Shown here piece after piece: positions 1 to 9,903 of a stretch of 64,000 nucleotides of DNA. Both the position numbers and the translations under genes were made by a program. The notes below the pieces were generated by a model. That model had not been told where the DNA came from. It was given only the letters and a program-made list of their open reading frames with translations, and made no database searches. The stretch lies in the sequence record OU343167.1; one strand, written 5' to 3'. Each line of letters starts with the position of its first letter. The first letter of the stretch is position 1.

Positions 1-36
1 GTTTGTTGATGTAGAACTCCGGAGGAAAGAGAAAGA

Positions 37-312
37 ATGTGCTATGAAAGAAGAATCATCCCACTCGCAATAAACTCTTATCCTCTTCCAGCGTTCTTAT
101 GGAATGAGCGGTGCCTTCGGGCACCAAAGCCCTTCATGATCGATGGCTACTATCACATACCTCCCTATCGTAGGGTAAGACCGGGATTTATAGTTGTTCC
201 TACTGGCTTCACGACAACGCCTAGTACCGTAAGAGATGTAGTTGAGTCTCTACGCGGTCGAGTGCGTAATACCAATAAGGCTATTGACAATTTACTCAAA
301 AGTCTTATCTAA
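37..312 (+). CDS. hypothetical protein
   Basis: 91-aa ORF co-oriented with downstream run; may be 5'-truncated by window edge. Confidence 0.55.
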   Translation: MCYERRIIPLAINSYPLPAFLWNERCLRAPKPFMIDGYYHIPPYRRVRPGFIVVPTGFTTTPSTVRDVVESLRGRVRNTNKAIDNLLKSLI

Positions 313-423
313 TACGGACATGCATGACATTACTCTACATGTCCTTGGAATTCTGCGATCCCGACCTTGGCACAACGTTAAATCGTTGAATTCCTAAACC
401 TTAAAACATCCGGAGCGTCTACA

Positions 424-1677
424 ATGACTACTCAAAATTACGTTATGCTGAACGAACAAAATGAATTCCCAATCAAAGGCTGGGTTAAGGGCGTACCGGT
501 TGAAGCCGATGCTAAGCGTCAGCTGAAAAACATTGCGGGACTCCCGTTCATTTACAAGCATTTGGCAGTAATGCCTGATGTCCATCTTGGGACCGGTGCT
601 ACCATCGGTTCTGTTATCGCTACTCGGGGTGCAATCATTCCGTCTGCGGTAGGGGTCGATATTGGGTGCGGAATGGCCTGCCAGCTGACTGATCTGACAG
701 CTAACGACATGACTCGTGGCCTACAACATCTTCGATATAGAATCGAGTCCCGTATCCCCCATGGTCGTACTGACAATGGCGGACCTAACGACCGTGGTGC
801 ATGGAGTGACTTCAACCTCGTTTACAAGAAACTCGAACCAGAACTCCAAGTTCAGGTTAAGAAGCTTGAAGAGGAACTGAAGCTCATTGTAGCTAAACAC
901 CCCAAACTGGGTAAAGCAGCTAACCGTGCGTTCAACCATGCTGGTACCCTCGGCACTGGTAACCACTTCGTCGAAATCTGTCTGGATGAACAAGATCGAG
1001 TTTGGATCATGCTCCATTCGGGTTCTCGTGGGATCGGTAACGCTATTGGTCGGTACTTCATCGAGAAAGCAAAAGAGGAGATGCGGCTCTACCACATCAA
1101 CCTGCCTGATCAGGACCTCGCTTATCTGCCGGAAGGTACCAAGTACTACAACGATTACATCGAAGCTGTACATTGGGCTCAGCGTTATGCAGCACTCAAC
1201 CGTACCATCATGATGCGGGCGACCATTGAGGCTGTAGCTGATTACATGGGTCGTCCAATCAATACCAGTCTCACTGCGGTCAACTGCCACCACAACTACG
1301 TGTCGTTCGAGAATCACTTCGGTGCGAAAGTATCCGTTACTCGTAAAGGCGCTGTACGGGCAGATGAAGGCATGTATGGTATTATCCCTGGATCGATGGG
1401 TGCAAAGAGCTTCATCGTGAAAGGTAAAGGGAACCGCGAGTCCTTCTGTTCGTGTTCGCACGGAGCAGGACGTGTCATGTCCCGAACCCAAGCCGCTAAG
1501 ACTTTCACTCTTGAAGATCATGCTCGTGATACTGCCGGTATAGAATGCCGGAAAGACATTGACGTAATCGACGAGACTCCAAAGGCTTATAAGAACATCG
1601 AAGACGTAATGGCTGCTCAGGATGACCTCATTGAGATCGTCCACACCCTGCGTCAAATTGTTTGCGTCAAGGGCTAA
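424..1677 (+). CDS. rtcB: RtcB family RNA ligase (3'-phosphate/5'-OH)
   Basis: Motifs MPDVHLG, VGVDIGCG, GTLGTGNHFVE, LHSGSRG, HHNYV, IPGSMG, SHGAGR, DETPKAYK. Confidence 0.97.
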   Translation: MTTQNYVMLNEQNEFPIKGWVKGVPVEADAKRQLKNIAGLPFIYKHLAVMPDVHLGTGATIGSVIATRGAIIPSAVGVDIGCGMACQLTDLTANDMTRGLQHLRYRIESRIPHGRTDNGGPNDRGAWSDFNLVYKKLEPELQVQVKKLEEELKLIVAKHPKLGKAANRAFNHAGTLGTGNHFVEICLDEQDRVWIMLHSGSRGIGNAIGRYFIEKAKEEMRLYHINLPDQDLAYLPEGTKYYNDYIEAVHWAQRYAALNRTIMMRATIEAVADYMGRPINTSLTAVNCHHNYVSFENHFGAKVSVTRKGAVRADEGMYGIIPGSMGAKSFIVKGKGNRESFCSCSHGAGRVMSRTQAAKTFTLEDHARDTAGIECRKDIDVIDETPKAYKNIEDVMAAQDDLIEIVHTLRQIVCVKG

Positions 1678-1684
1678 CCCGAAC

Positions 1685-1700
1685 GGGGACTTCGGTCCCC
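1685..1700 (+). terminator. GC hairpin with TTCG loop after rtcB
   Basis: GGGGAC-TTCG-GTCCCC; no clear U-tract. Confidence 0.55.
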
Positions 1701-1724
1701 ATAACTTTCCTAAAGGAAAAATAA

Positions 1725-2612
1725 ATGATTCGAATTACTCAGCTTCACGGTAACGGCCTGGCAGATCACTACGATTGTCAGCCCTTTAAATTCCCTGGCG
1801 GTGAGATCGGTATCAAGATCCCTCTGAAAGATCACAGAAAGAAAGGTGAACAATTCATAGTCAATGCTTGGCTTCGTAATAGCGATGACATCATGGAACT
1901 GTTCCTGGTGTTCAATGCTATTCGTCGTCAACGTATTCGTCCTGAAATGCACCTGGTTATTGGTTATCTGCCGTATGCACGACAAGATCGTGTTTGCGAT
2001 GAAGGTGAACCTTTGTCGATCAGTGTGATGACTAGCTTGATCAACGCATTGGATGCTACATCCGTGTGTTTGTACGATCCGCACAGCAATGTGTCGCTAC
2101 CGCTCATCAACAACTGTCGTGAAATCACCCAAGCTGATATTATCAAGAGCTGGGTATGTGTAGAAGGACAACTTCTGGAAACTCCACAAGAATGGTGGTT
2201 GGTTGCCCCTGATGAAGGTGCACGTAAAAAGATCGAAGCCATTGCAAAAGAGATTGGCGCTGCTGGCGTACTCTACGCTTGCAAGAACCGTGAACTGTCG
2301 ACTGGTAAGATCACCCATACGTCTTTGTTGAATGCCCATGATGTTCCTCGGTTAGCAAAGCTGTTGGTTATCGATGACATCTGTGATGGTGGCCGCACGT
2401 TCATTGAACTTGCTAAGGTTATCCACGAACAGTGCATCGTAGATCAACTGGGTCTGTTTGTAACCCATGGTATTTTCTCCAAGGGTTTCGACGAGCTGAA
2501 CGAATACTACGACTATATCCAGACCACTAACACCTATCATCCTAACGCCGTAAATGATTATCGGCATGATGGTGTACGTGACCCGAAATTCTTCTCCCAT
2601 TCTGTTTTCTAA
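1725..2612 (+). CDS. prs: Ribose-phosphate pyrophosphokinase-like protein (Adps-like, NARP1-type)
   Basis: FPGGE, YLPYARQDR, DPHS, VAPDEGA, LLVIDDICDGGRT PRTase motif, VTHGIFS; adjacent to Nampt-like gene. Confidence 0.92.
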   Translation: MIRITQLHGNGLADHYDCQPFKFPGGEIGIKIPLKDHRKKGEQFIVNAWLRNSDDIMELFLVFNAIRRQRIRPEMHLVIGYLPYARQDRVCDEGEPLSISVMTSLINALDATSVCLYDPHSNVSLPLINNCREITQADIIKSWVCVEGQLLETPQEWWLVAPDEGARKKIEAIAKEIGAAGVLYACKNRELSTGKITHTSLLNAHDVPRLAKLLVIDDICDGGRTFIELAKVIHEQCIVDQLGLFVTHGIFSKGFDELNEYYDYIQTTNTYHPNAVNDYRHDGVRDPKFFSHSVF

Positions 2613-2628
2613 TCCGAGGATCAAGAAT

Positions 2629-4395
2629 ATGTCTAATGCTCTCTATGCTGCAACTGCTACTGACTGCTACAAACCCGGTCATGGTGCTCTGTACCCGAAA
2701 GGTACTGAACGTAAATATGCTAACTTCACCCCGCGCTCTGCTAAGCAGTTCCTGCGGTCGAAGTCTTGCTCTGCGTTCTACGATAACAAAGTCGTTAACT
2801 TCGGGTTGCAAGGTACTTGGCACGAACTGGTAGAACTGTGGGATCGCACCTTCTTCAATCTGCCTCGTGAAATTGCCGTCAAACGTGCACAACGTCGTTT
2901 CGACAACATGTGCGGTAAAGGCGTAATCAAACATGAGTGTCTGTACAAACTACATGAACTGGGTTACCTGCCTCTGACTGTACTGGCTATTGATGAAGGT
3001 GAACGTGTTAACATTGGTGTTCCAACTTTCGTAGTTTACAACAGTCTGGATGACGATGATCATTACTGGCTGGTGAACTATCTGGAAACCATCGTTAGTT
3101 CGTACAACTGGAAAATGATTTGCAACGCAACCATCGCTGCTGAATACCAACGTGTATTGAACCATTATGCTGACCGTACTTGCGATAACCGTGAGCACGT
3201 TAAGTTCCAAGCACATGATTTCAGCTTCCGTGGTATGAGTGGCCCTGAAGATGCAATGCGTTCTGGCTCGGCTCACCTGACTAGCTTCGCTGGTACTGAT
3301 ACCATCCCGGCACTTGATTACGCTGAGATGTATTACGGTGCTAATAGCGATACTGAACTGTTGGGTGCTTCGGTTACTGCAACCGAACACGCTGTAGCCA
3401 CTACCAACATCCTGTACCGTTTGCAAATGAAGATCAACTTCCTCAAAGAGGAAGGTACTGTGATCACTCCGGAACTGCATGACAAACTGCGACTGGAAGC
3501 TGAACGTGACTACATTCTGGAGATCATTCTTCAGAAAGTTCCGGAAGGCATCATCTCGCTGGTCTGTGATTCCTTCGACTTCTGGGGTGTTATCTCTGAT
3601 GTTCTCCCGAGCATCCGTGCAGAAATCGAAAGTCGTCTGAAGAATGAACTTGGCCTTGCCAGGGTTGTTGTTCGTCCTGACTCCGGTGATCCGGTTAAAG
3701 TTATTACTGGCTACATGGCTTACCCGACTGAGTTTGCAGATCGCGCTGATTTCGAGAAGCACATCGGTGAACTGGGGTCCATTGAGTTCAGTGGCTACGA
3801 AGTTGTACGTATCGCAGGCGAATACTACGAGATCAATCACATTGCTTCGTCGCTCTCCGATTTCCTGTCTGAAAAGACTATCCCGGAAGTTGAAGTACGT
3901 GGTGCGATTGAAGTCCTGTGGGATTCCTTTGGCGGTACTGTTAACGGTAAAGGCTTCAAATGCCTGAACGAATATGTTGGCCTGATCTATGGCGATTCGA
4001 TTACTGTAGAACGTACCGAGCAGGTCATGTCTCGCTTGGAACGTAAAGGCTACGCCTCTAGTAACGTCGTTCTCGGTATTGGTAGCTACACCTATCAGTA
4101 CAACACTCGCGATACGTTCGGTATGGCCGTTAAAGCCACTGCTGTTCAGATCGAAGAGGAATTCGTAGAGCTGTATAAAGATCCAAAAGCTGCATCTAGT
4201 AAAAAGTCTGCAAAAGGTTTCCTTCGTGTAATTAAAGATGAAGAAGGTAACTTCGTTCTTGAACAAGAAGCCGGCATGTCTTGGGCGACTCTGGAGACAG
4301 AATCCGGCGAATTGAAGCTGTTCTTTAAGAATGGTGAATTCTACAAGAACGACACGATGGCAAAAATCCGGGAACGGATTGCGACCTCTCTGTAA
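2629..4395 (+). CDS. nadV: Nicotinamide phosphoribosyltransferase-like protein (Namat-like, NARP1-type)
   Basis: TDCYKPGH, HDFSFRG, SFAGTDTI, ATEH, VVRPDSGDP, GLIYGDSIT, GIGSYTYQYNTRDTFG, KKSAKG; start moved to ATG 2629 after GAGG. Confidence 0.93.
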   Translation: MSNALYAATATDCYKPGHGALYPKGTERKYANFTPRSAKQFLRSKSCSAFYDNKVVNFGLQGTWHELVELWDRTFFNLPREIAVKRAQRRFDNMCGKGVIKHECLYKLHELGYLPLTVLAIDEGERVNIGVPTFVVYNSLDDDDHYWLVNYLETIVSSYNWKMICNATIAAEYQRVLNHYADRTCDNREHVKFQAHDFSFRGMSGPEDAMRSGSAHLTSFAGTDTIPALDYAEMYYGANSDTELLGASVTATEHAVATTNILYRLQMKINFLKEEGTVITPELHDKLRLEAERDYILEIILQKVPEGIISLVCDSFDFWGVISDVLPSIRAEIESRLKNELGLARVVVRPDSGDPVKVITGYMAYPTEFADRADFEKHIGELGSIEFSGYEVVRIAGEYYEINHIASSLSDFLSEKTIPEVEVRGAIEVLWDSFGGTVNGKGFKCLNEYVGLIYGDSITVERTEQVMSRLERKGYASSNVVLGIGSYTYQYNTRDTFGMAVKATAVQIEEEFVELYKDPKAASSKKSAKGFLRVIKDEEGNFVLEQEAGMSWATLETESGELKLFFKNGEFYKNDTMAKIRERIATSL

Positions 4396-4397
4396 TA

Positions 4398-4428
4398 GAC
4401 ATGGGGAGCTTCGGCTCCCCTTTATGTC
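4398..4428. terminator. Palindromic terminator (CAT..hairpin..TATG family)
   Basis: GACAT-GGGGAGC-TTCG-GCTCCCC-TTT-ATGTC. Confidence 0.8.
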
Positions 4429-4447
4429 ATAAAAAAGATTTCAAATC

Positions 4448-4455
4448 TATATTAC
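4448..4455 (+). promoter_or_regulatory. phiKZ-type early promoter core TATATTAC
   Basis: TTTCAAATC-TATATTAC just downstream of a terminator; same motif recurs in the window. Confidence 0.7.
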
Positions 4456-4484
4456 TCTTTTGTATCCACAACGAGGTAACTGCA

Positions 4485-4883
4485 ATGTCGAATAAAGACC
4501 GTTTAGATGAAAAGAAAGAATGGCAAGAATCGAACCCAGTTCTCAATGAGTTCTGCTGGACTGTAAGTCGTACCATGGGCGACGTAGCACGTACCAGTGA
4601 CGACCGTACTCCCATTGTCGATATCCCTGCTGGAAAGACCTATGAAATCACTACCAACCAGGAGAACGATATTTATAATGTCGGTCTTGAAACTGGTATG
4701 GTGAACTTCGTTGATCACCTACGCGAGAATGGTTACAAGATCATCTCGCCGGTAAGTGGGCATCCTGTCCCATTTGAGCAAGCTGTAACCTTGGTAAATA
4801 GCACAGAGCAGGTCGTACAAGAACTACCTGGTAAGTCTTTCGTTGAAACCTTCTATGATTATAACTGGGGTGTGAATACATGA
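4485..4883 (+). CDS. hypothetical protein
   Basis: ATG 4485 after GAGG; packed operon. Confidence 0.75.
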   Translation: MSNKDRLDEKKEWQESNPVLNEFCWTVSRTMGDVARTSDDRTPIVDIPAGKTYEITTNQENDIYNVGLETGMVNFVDHLRENGYKIISPVSGHPVPFEQAVTLVNSTEQVVQELPGKSFVETFYDYNWGVNT

Positions 4884-5086
4884 TTGCAGCGCCGCCGCCA
4901 CCGGGTAAAGTAACGATAGATGGTTTACGTCGAACGTTGTCAGATCAGATTGAAGCTGAAATTTCATTGGCTTGTCGTGAAATTGAACTGACAGACATTC
5001 GTTATGTAGATCAAAAAGAAATACTCGAAATAGTGCGGCGGTTCCGTAATGACGTTCGCACAACCATCACTGATAAAGGTAAATAA
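4880..5086 (+). CDS. hypothetical protein
   Basis: ATGA overlap with previous gene. Confidence 0.7.
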   Translation: MIAAPPPPGKVTIDGLRRTLSDQIEAEISLACREIELTDIRYVDQKEILEIVRRFRNDVRTTITDKGK

Positions 5087-5087
5087 A

Positions 5088-6443
5088 ATGACGATTGAAA
5101 TGGATGAATTGAAACCGATCCGCGAAGGTTTTGGTGTAGTAGAAGAAACTCGTAAGCTTGCACGCATTGTTGAGATCGATGATGTTGTGAAACACCCTAA
5201 TGCCGATGCACTGGAATTGGCTATTGTTGGTGGTTGGCAACTTTGTGTAAAGATGGGCGAATATAAGAAAGGTGATCGCGCTATTTACTGCGAGATTGAT
5301 TCTCTTCTTCCTCTGGATAACGTTAAGCTCTTCGGTTTTCTTGAGAGCCGTCGGTCCGACAATCGACGTGTAGACGGTAAAAACTATCATCGTTTGAAAA
5401 CTATCAAGCTTCGTAAAGAGCTCTCTCAAGGACTACTGGTTCCGATTCCCGATGAGTTCAAAGATGAACCCGTTGATACTAACCTGACCCTGAAGCTGGG
5501 TATCCTTAAGTACGAGTCTGCTCCTCCGATGGTATCGAAGGCTCATGCAGCACGTAACGCTCCGTGGATCGTTAAGCTTGGTGCCAAGCTGATTGGTAAT
5601 CTGGGTGGCGCTCTGAAACCGTGGCCTGAGATGCTAACTAAGTCCGATCAAGACCGCATTCAGAATAAGACCGTTGCGTTTTATAACCTGAAAGAAGACG
5701 GTGATGACATGGAAGTTACCTATAAGCTGGATGGTAGCTCCATGACCGTATTCTGTGTCGATGACAAAGGTATTCGTACTGGCGTTTGCTCGCGGAACTA
5801 CGAACTCGGAATGGGTGGTGAGAAATGGGGATTCATCCAGCAGCTTCGGTATTGGGTTGGTAACTTCCTTATCCGTAACCGTAATCTGTTCCGTAAGAAG
5901 ACCTGGGTTACTCCAGAAGGTAAACTTCGTAATTGTATTATTCTGCCCCTTTGGACGAAAGGTACCGCTATCGAAGACAATAACTTCGTACGTGTAACTA
6001 ACCAACAACAGATCATCGAACGTCTTCTCAAGTTCCACAAGAACACCGGTCGCTTCATTTCTGTACAAGGGGAACTGATTGGACCATCTATTCAAGATAA
6101 CTTTGAAGAAGTGGCTGATTACGATTATTACATCTTCAACGTGTATGAGGATGGTAATCGTGAACTCCTGCCGGCCGAAGCACGAGCTGTTGTAAAAGAC
6201 CTTGGTCTGAATTATGTTCCCGTGCTTGACCCGTGCTGGAAACCTTCTAAGGAAATGTCTGTTAAAGATGTTCTCGCTATGGCTGAAGGTCCATCTGCAT
6301 TTAAGAACAAGCGTGGATACCGGGAAGGTCTGGTATTTAAGTCCAACCAACGTGTACTGTCGTGGAAAGCCATTTCGACTAATTATCTCTTGAAGAAAGA
6401 GAAAGAAGAAGAGAAAGCAGCCGCTAAAGAAGACGCTGTATAA
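5088..6443 (+). CDS. Rnl2-family ATP-dependent RNA ligase with N-terminal tRNA-binding OB-like domain (DRB0094-like)
   Basis: N-terminal HPNADALELAIVGGWQ..VK.GEYKKGD.AIYCEIDS; motif I KLDGSS; QGELIG, FNVY, REGLVFK, KAIS. Confidence 0.88.
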   Translation: MTIEMDELKPIREGFGVVEETRKLARIVEIDDVVKHPNADALELAIVGGWQLCVKMGEYKKGDRAIYCEIDSLLPLDNVKLFGFLESRRSDNRRVDGKNYHRLKTIKLRKELSQGLLVPIPDEFKDEPVDTNLTLKLGILKYESAPPMVSKAHAARNAPWIVKLGAKLIGNLGGALKPWPEMLTKSDQDRIQNKTVAFYNLKEDGDDMEVTYKLDGSSMTVFCVDDKGIRTGVCSRNYELGMGGEKWGFIQQLRYWVGNFLIRNRNLFRKKTWVTPEGKLRNCIILPLWTKGTAIEDNNFVRVTNQQQIIERLLKFHKNTGRFISVQGELIGPSIQDNFEEVADYDYYIFNVYEDGNRELLPAEARAVVKDLGLNYVPVLDPCWKPSKEMSVKDVLAMAEGPSAFKNKRGYREGLVFKSNQRVLSWKAISTNYLLKKEKEEEKAAAKEDAV

Positions 6444-6445
6444 CG

Positions 6446-6476
6446 ACATAAAGGGAGCTCTAGCTCCCTTTTTTAT
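6446..6476 (+). terminator. Intrinsic terminator
   Basis: ACATAAAGGGAGC-TCTA-GCTCCCTTTTTT. Confidence 0.85.
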
Positions 6477-6497
6477 TTTTGTCAAGAAGGTGAATAT

Positions 6498-6884
6498 ATG
6501 TCACAAGCTCTAAAATTCCTGACTCGTAATTTGGATAGTGAAGAACTATACCTGATATTGAACTGGAAGACCGATAAGGTTCTCTCTCCTATTCTTCAGA
6601 CAGTTGGTATCCTATCTGAAGAAATGGGTGAAGAAGGGCGACGCGTCTACTATAAGTTCGATAACGCCATTTGGAAACTTTGTCGATTTATCCGGGCCGA
6701 ACATAATCTTCCAGAGTTCCAAGAAGATCTCATCAGTGTTGTTCGCAACTACTTTAAGTTTATCTGGCGTGACGATGGATTCAATATTGTTATCTTTGAA
6801 GAACCTGGATATGCTCGTGTCGAGTATAGTACTACCATTGACGTAATGGACATCTTCCATGAAGGTAAACCTCGTCGGCTCTAA
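6498..6884 (+). CDS. hypothetical protein
   Basis: ORF after GAAGGTG RBS in packed run. Confidence 0.75.
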   Translation: MSQALKFLTRNLDSEELYLILNWKTDKVLSPILQTVGILSEEMGEEGRRVYYKFDNAIWKLCRFIRAEHNLPEFQEDLISVVRNYFKFIWRDDGFNIVIFEEPGYARVEYSTTIDVMDIFHEGKPRRL

Positions 6885-7140
6885 GAAAACCATAACTGCA
6901 TTGCTGTATAACAACAATGTATATTCGTTTGCTTTCTTTGCTGAGACAATCAGGAAAGCTATTGAAGCGTATGACCCAAATCAGCGCTTCACCATCAGCT
7001 ATCGTCGTTATATGCCACTATGGCAGAAAATCCGGATGACGATATTCCGCCAATACTCGGATCAGATGTATGTCAATCAAATAAAGATCCAGCTTCAGAC
7101 GGATAAAACCTGGGAAACTATTCTTGACGTAGAGGGATAA
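6859..7140 (+). CDS. hypothetical protein
   Basis: packed co-oriented ORF. Confidence 0.65.
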   Translation: MKVNLVGSKKTITALLYNNNVYSFAFFAETIRKAIEAYDPNQRFTISYRRYMPLWQKIRMTIFRQYSDQMYVNQIKIQLQTDKTWETILDVEG

Positions 7141-7142
7141 AC

Positions 7143-7592
7143 ATGTCAATATTTTACCGTTACGCTAGTCAACCTAAAACAGAAATTGTTTGGTGGAATC
7201 CCATTAGTTGGATTAAACGTGGTTGGCAAGAACTCACCACAGCTAATGCATCTGATGGACACACGTTCTTTACAGCGTTATATTTCTGTTCTCTCCTTCT
7301 GTCAATGTGGTTGATCCATATTCTATTCGTGGGTTGGTTCCGTTGTCTGTTTATACCTCGGTGTTGGATTGGTCGAGTTGATCAACTGAAGGAAGGTTAC
7401 ATTGATGATTGGGGCACTTACACGAAAGAGGCTAGAGAATGTATTCTAGCTAATTCTGATAGCCCTCACGCAATTGTAAAAATCGTTGAACGAGTTAATC
7501 CAATCTTCATGGCAGATGAAGGTTTCTGTAGTATATACTCACCTAACTACAAATGGAAACGAAGCTGGCGTGAACTTTTTTCTCGGAATTAG
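7143..7592 (+). CDS. hypothetical membrane protein
   Basis: hydrophobic stretch FFTALYFCSLLLSMWLIHILFVGWF. Confidence 0.7.
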   Translation: MSIFYRYASQPKTEIVWWNPISWIKRGWQELTTANASDGHTFFTALYFCSLLLSMWLIHILFVGWFRCLFIPRCWIGRVDQLKEGYIDDWGTYTKEARECILANSDSPHAIVKIVERVNPIFMADEGFCSIYSPNYKWKRSWRELFSRN

Positions 7593-7644
7593 AAAATACC
7601 GAGTTAACTGATAATGTGTTATTAACTATAAACAGGAAACGAAA

Positions 7645-8202
7645 ATGTCTCAAGAAATCGATTTGACTGTATCTCCGCTGGAACCTCGTAAAGAGACTCC
7701 CCTACAACCGACTGACGTTTTTGACATCGTCCGTAAGTGTGGTCTTACTGAAGACTTTAAACGTCTCTGCTATGAAGATGCCACTCCAGAAGAACTCGAT
7801 TTTAATCCTGACGTAGTTACTGTCTACCGTCATGATCTCGGATTGAAATTCCTTCGTGGTAAAAATCTGCCGACTACGTTGGAAGATCTGAAGGATCGAA
7901 CTGAAGTTCTATTTGAAACCATGACTGCTGGTAAGATTGACTATAAAGCCGGTGAAATGATTGTTCTTTTCCCTCGCCCTGTTTATAGTGGTAGCGATCT
8001 TAAAAATAACATGGTCATTGCCATTGTTAAAGAAGACTTTAAGTTCGAATCTGACGTAGATCTTAACTGTGGTGGCGAAGAGAATTTCGAAATTGCGATG
8101 CGCCCCTATGTAGAAGGTGGACAACTGGAACTGGTTACTAATCCTGGTCTTCGTGTGTATAGCGCGTATGAACGTTGGACTTTCCTGGAACGGTTTAAAT
8201 GA
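7645..8202 (+). CDS. hypothetical protein
   Basis: packed ORF with AGGA RBS. Confidence 0.8.
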   Translation: MSQEIDLTVSPLEPRKETPLQPTDVFDIVRKCGLTEDFKRLCYEDATPEELDFNPDVVTVYRHDLGLKFLRGKNLPTTLEDLKDRTEVLFETMTAGKIDYKAGEMIVLFPRPVYSGSDLKNNMVIAIVKEDFKFESDVDLNCGGEENFEIAMRPYVEGGQLELVTNPGLRVYSAYERWTFLERFK

Positions 8203-8768
8203 AAATTCTTGAACAACTGACACAAAAAGGTCTGCTTGACGAATTCATTTCTGAATTTTGTACGACCTCTGCTCTCGGTCCACAAGTTATTTCAGATCGT
8301 CTTCCCGATGCAAAGAAATGGTTGGAAAGTCATTCTATCACATTTGAGTCGAAGGGGAGCATCGAAAGAACCCCTCGGCTCATTGCAGAATCTGATTTCC
8401 GTATTGATCAATGGATGCGTGTTGTAAACAATAAGCTGGACTATCTTGAGACAGCTTATGATAAAGCAATTGAACAAGGGGTTAGTCTAAATAACAGCTT
8501 CTTCAATTACGATATCAGTGTCCTGTATACTCTTGATAAAAAGCGTCTAGATGCTTACCCAATAACTGTCGCTCGGGTTAGAGCCTTTGCAGAGAAGATC
8601 GGTGCGCAACCTTATCGTCTTCTTAATGGCGATATTAATACGAGGATAGCTTATGAGGAAGAATACTACGCCGCGTACGTCAAGGAACCATATAAGGCGA
8701 TCATGGGAAACCCCGACTACTACAAGGAAACCATCGAAGCCGCGAATGAATGCTACGGACGTCCGTGA
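8199..8768 (+). CDS. hypothetical protein
   Basis: ATGA overlap. Confidence 0.75.
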   Translation: MKILEQLTQKGLLDEFISEFCTTSALGPQVISDRLPDAKKWLESHSITFESKGSIERTPRLIAESDFRIDQWMRVVNNKLDYLETAYDKAIEQGVSLNNSFFNYDISVLYTLDKKRLDAYPITVARVRAFAEKIGAQPYRLLNGDINTRIAYEEEYYAAYVKEPYKAIMGNPDYYKETIEAANECYGRP

Positions 8769-9024
8769 TATTTATCGCGACATCGAATCGTTAGTTCCTG
8801 TCCCACCTCCATTGAAAGAACCAATTCCAGTGAGTGTCGATCCAGTCTATTCGACGATAGACATAGATTGGAATGAGAAGAAATCTGGTGTCAAGTTTGT
8901 ACCCAGAGAACGATTCAATCTGTTTGACGGTATATCGCCGTGGACATGGTTCTGCATCGCCTTTCTCTCTGGATGTTGGATTGGTATCGAAATCATTAGC
9001 GCTTACTTAACGAGGTCATTATGA
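8746..9024 (+). CDS. hypothetical protein, C-terminal TM helix
   Basis: start moved to MNAT; WTWFCIAFLSGCWIGIEII. Confidence 0.65.
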   Translation: MNATDVRDIYRDIESLVPVPPPLKEPIPVSVDPVYSTIDIDWNEKKSGVKFVPRERFNLFDGISPWTWFCIAFLSGCWIGIEIISAYLTRSL

Positions 9025-9332
9025 GTCTGCTCCTTTCTGCTTGTCAACGACTGCATGCTATCGCCACTGTTGGTTTCCCCAACTATCTAAAAGATCGAGC
9101 TACTTTTGTTGGAGATAAGGAGTATATTCTCCAGGTAATTGCACATTTCGAAAAGTATCACTGGACCGAACAGTTGAGTGAAGCTATCAATGATTATGTA
9201 CGCAGTCGTAAGAAAGCGCGTACATGGACAGTCACCGTTGTACCTTCGATTCTTCAACCTGGTACAGCTCTGTTTAAGTTCAAAGGTGACGATGGTAGTA
9301 CTCTTTCTATTCGCATTAGGAAAGCTCTATGA
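9021..9332 (+). CDS. hypothetical protein
   Basis: GAGG RBS, overlap. Confidence 0.7.
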   Translation: MSLLLSACQRLHAIATVGFPNYLKDRATFVGDKEYILQVIAHFEKYHWTEQLSEAINDYVRSRKKARTWTVTVVPSILQPGTALFKFKGDDGSTLSIRIRKAL

Positions 9333-9434
9333 GAGACGATTATGAAGGTTTCTGATTCTTGGGAAGACTACATCTTCTCTTAACGTCATATAAGCCCGGC
9401 GTTAGCTGGGCTTTATATCGATTAGGGTATTCCG

Positions 9435-9902
9435 ATGTCAGCAAAAAATAAAATCAACATAGATCTATACGAAGTGTATCTCCGCTTCATTTATTTGAAT
9501 CAGGCGATAAAACTTCCACGTACTGAATTCGAGCAATTCAAAAAAGAGTTTGTCAGAAAGGTACGCTATTTTTATAAAAACGTAACCAGAGCTCCTCTCA
9601 TCTGGAACAATAGTCATTATCTCGTTCAACTTTACAGAGTAATGGTTGAAGAAGATAAAGAAGCTATTCAAAAAGAAATTCAAACCGAACTCGATTGGCT
9701 GTTCGATATTTGTCGTATTTGGATCGACTCTCCTAATTGGAATGGAGTCGGTGTAGATGAGTATGTTTACCGAACAGATCTATTCCATATCGAATCTTAT
9801 TACAGATGGGTTTGGAATAGAAGGGCAGAAATTGTTTATCCTCCCTTCTCAGAAATCAAAGAAATCTACATCGCCATCGAAAAAGAACTTGAAGGAAAAT
9901 AA
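9435..9902 (+). CDS. hypothetical protein
   Basis: ORF after hairpin 9387-9420. Confidence 0.7.
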   Translation: MSAKNKINIDLYEVYLRFIYLNQAIKLPRTEFEQFKKEFVRKVRYFYKNVTRAPLIWNNSHYLVQLYRVMVEEDKEAIQKEIQTELDWLFDICRIWIDSPNWNGVGVDEYVYRTDLFHIESYYRWVWNRRAEIVYPPFSEIKEIYIAIEKELEGK

Positions 9903-9903
9903 A

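Noticed and set aside
721-4266. Long antisense ORFs (721-1656, 2950-4266; similarly 5634-6485, 19555-20223, 61934-62626, 62909-63778)
   Set aside because: Shadow frames opposite well-conserved genes; no motifs or RBS, consistent with RNY codon bias.
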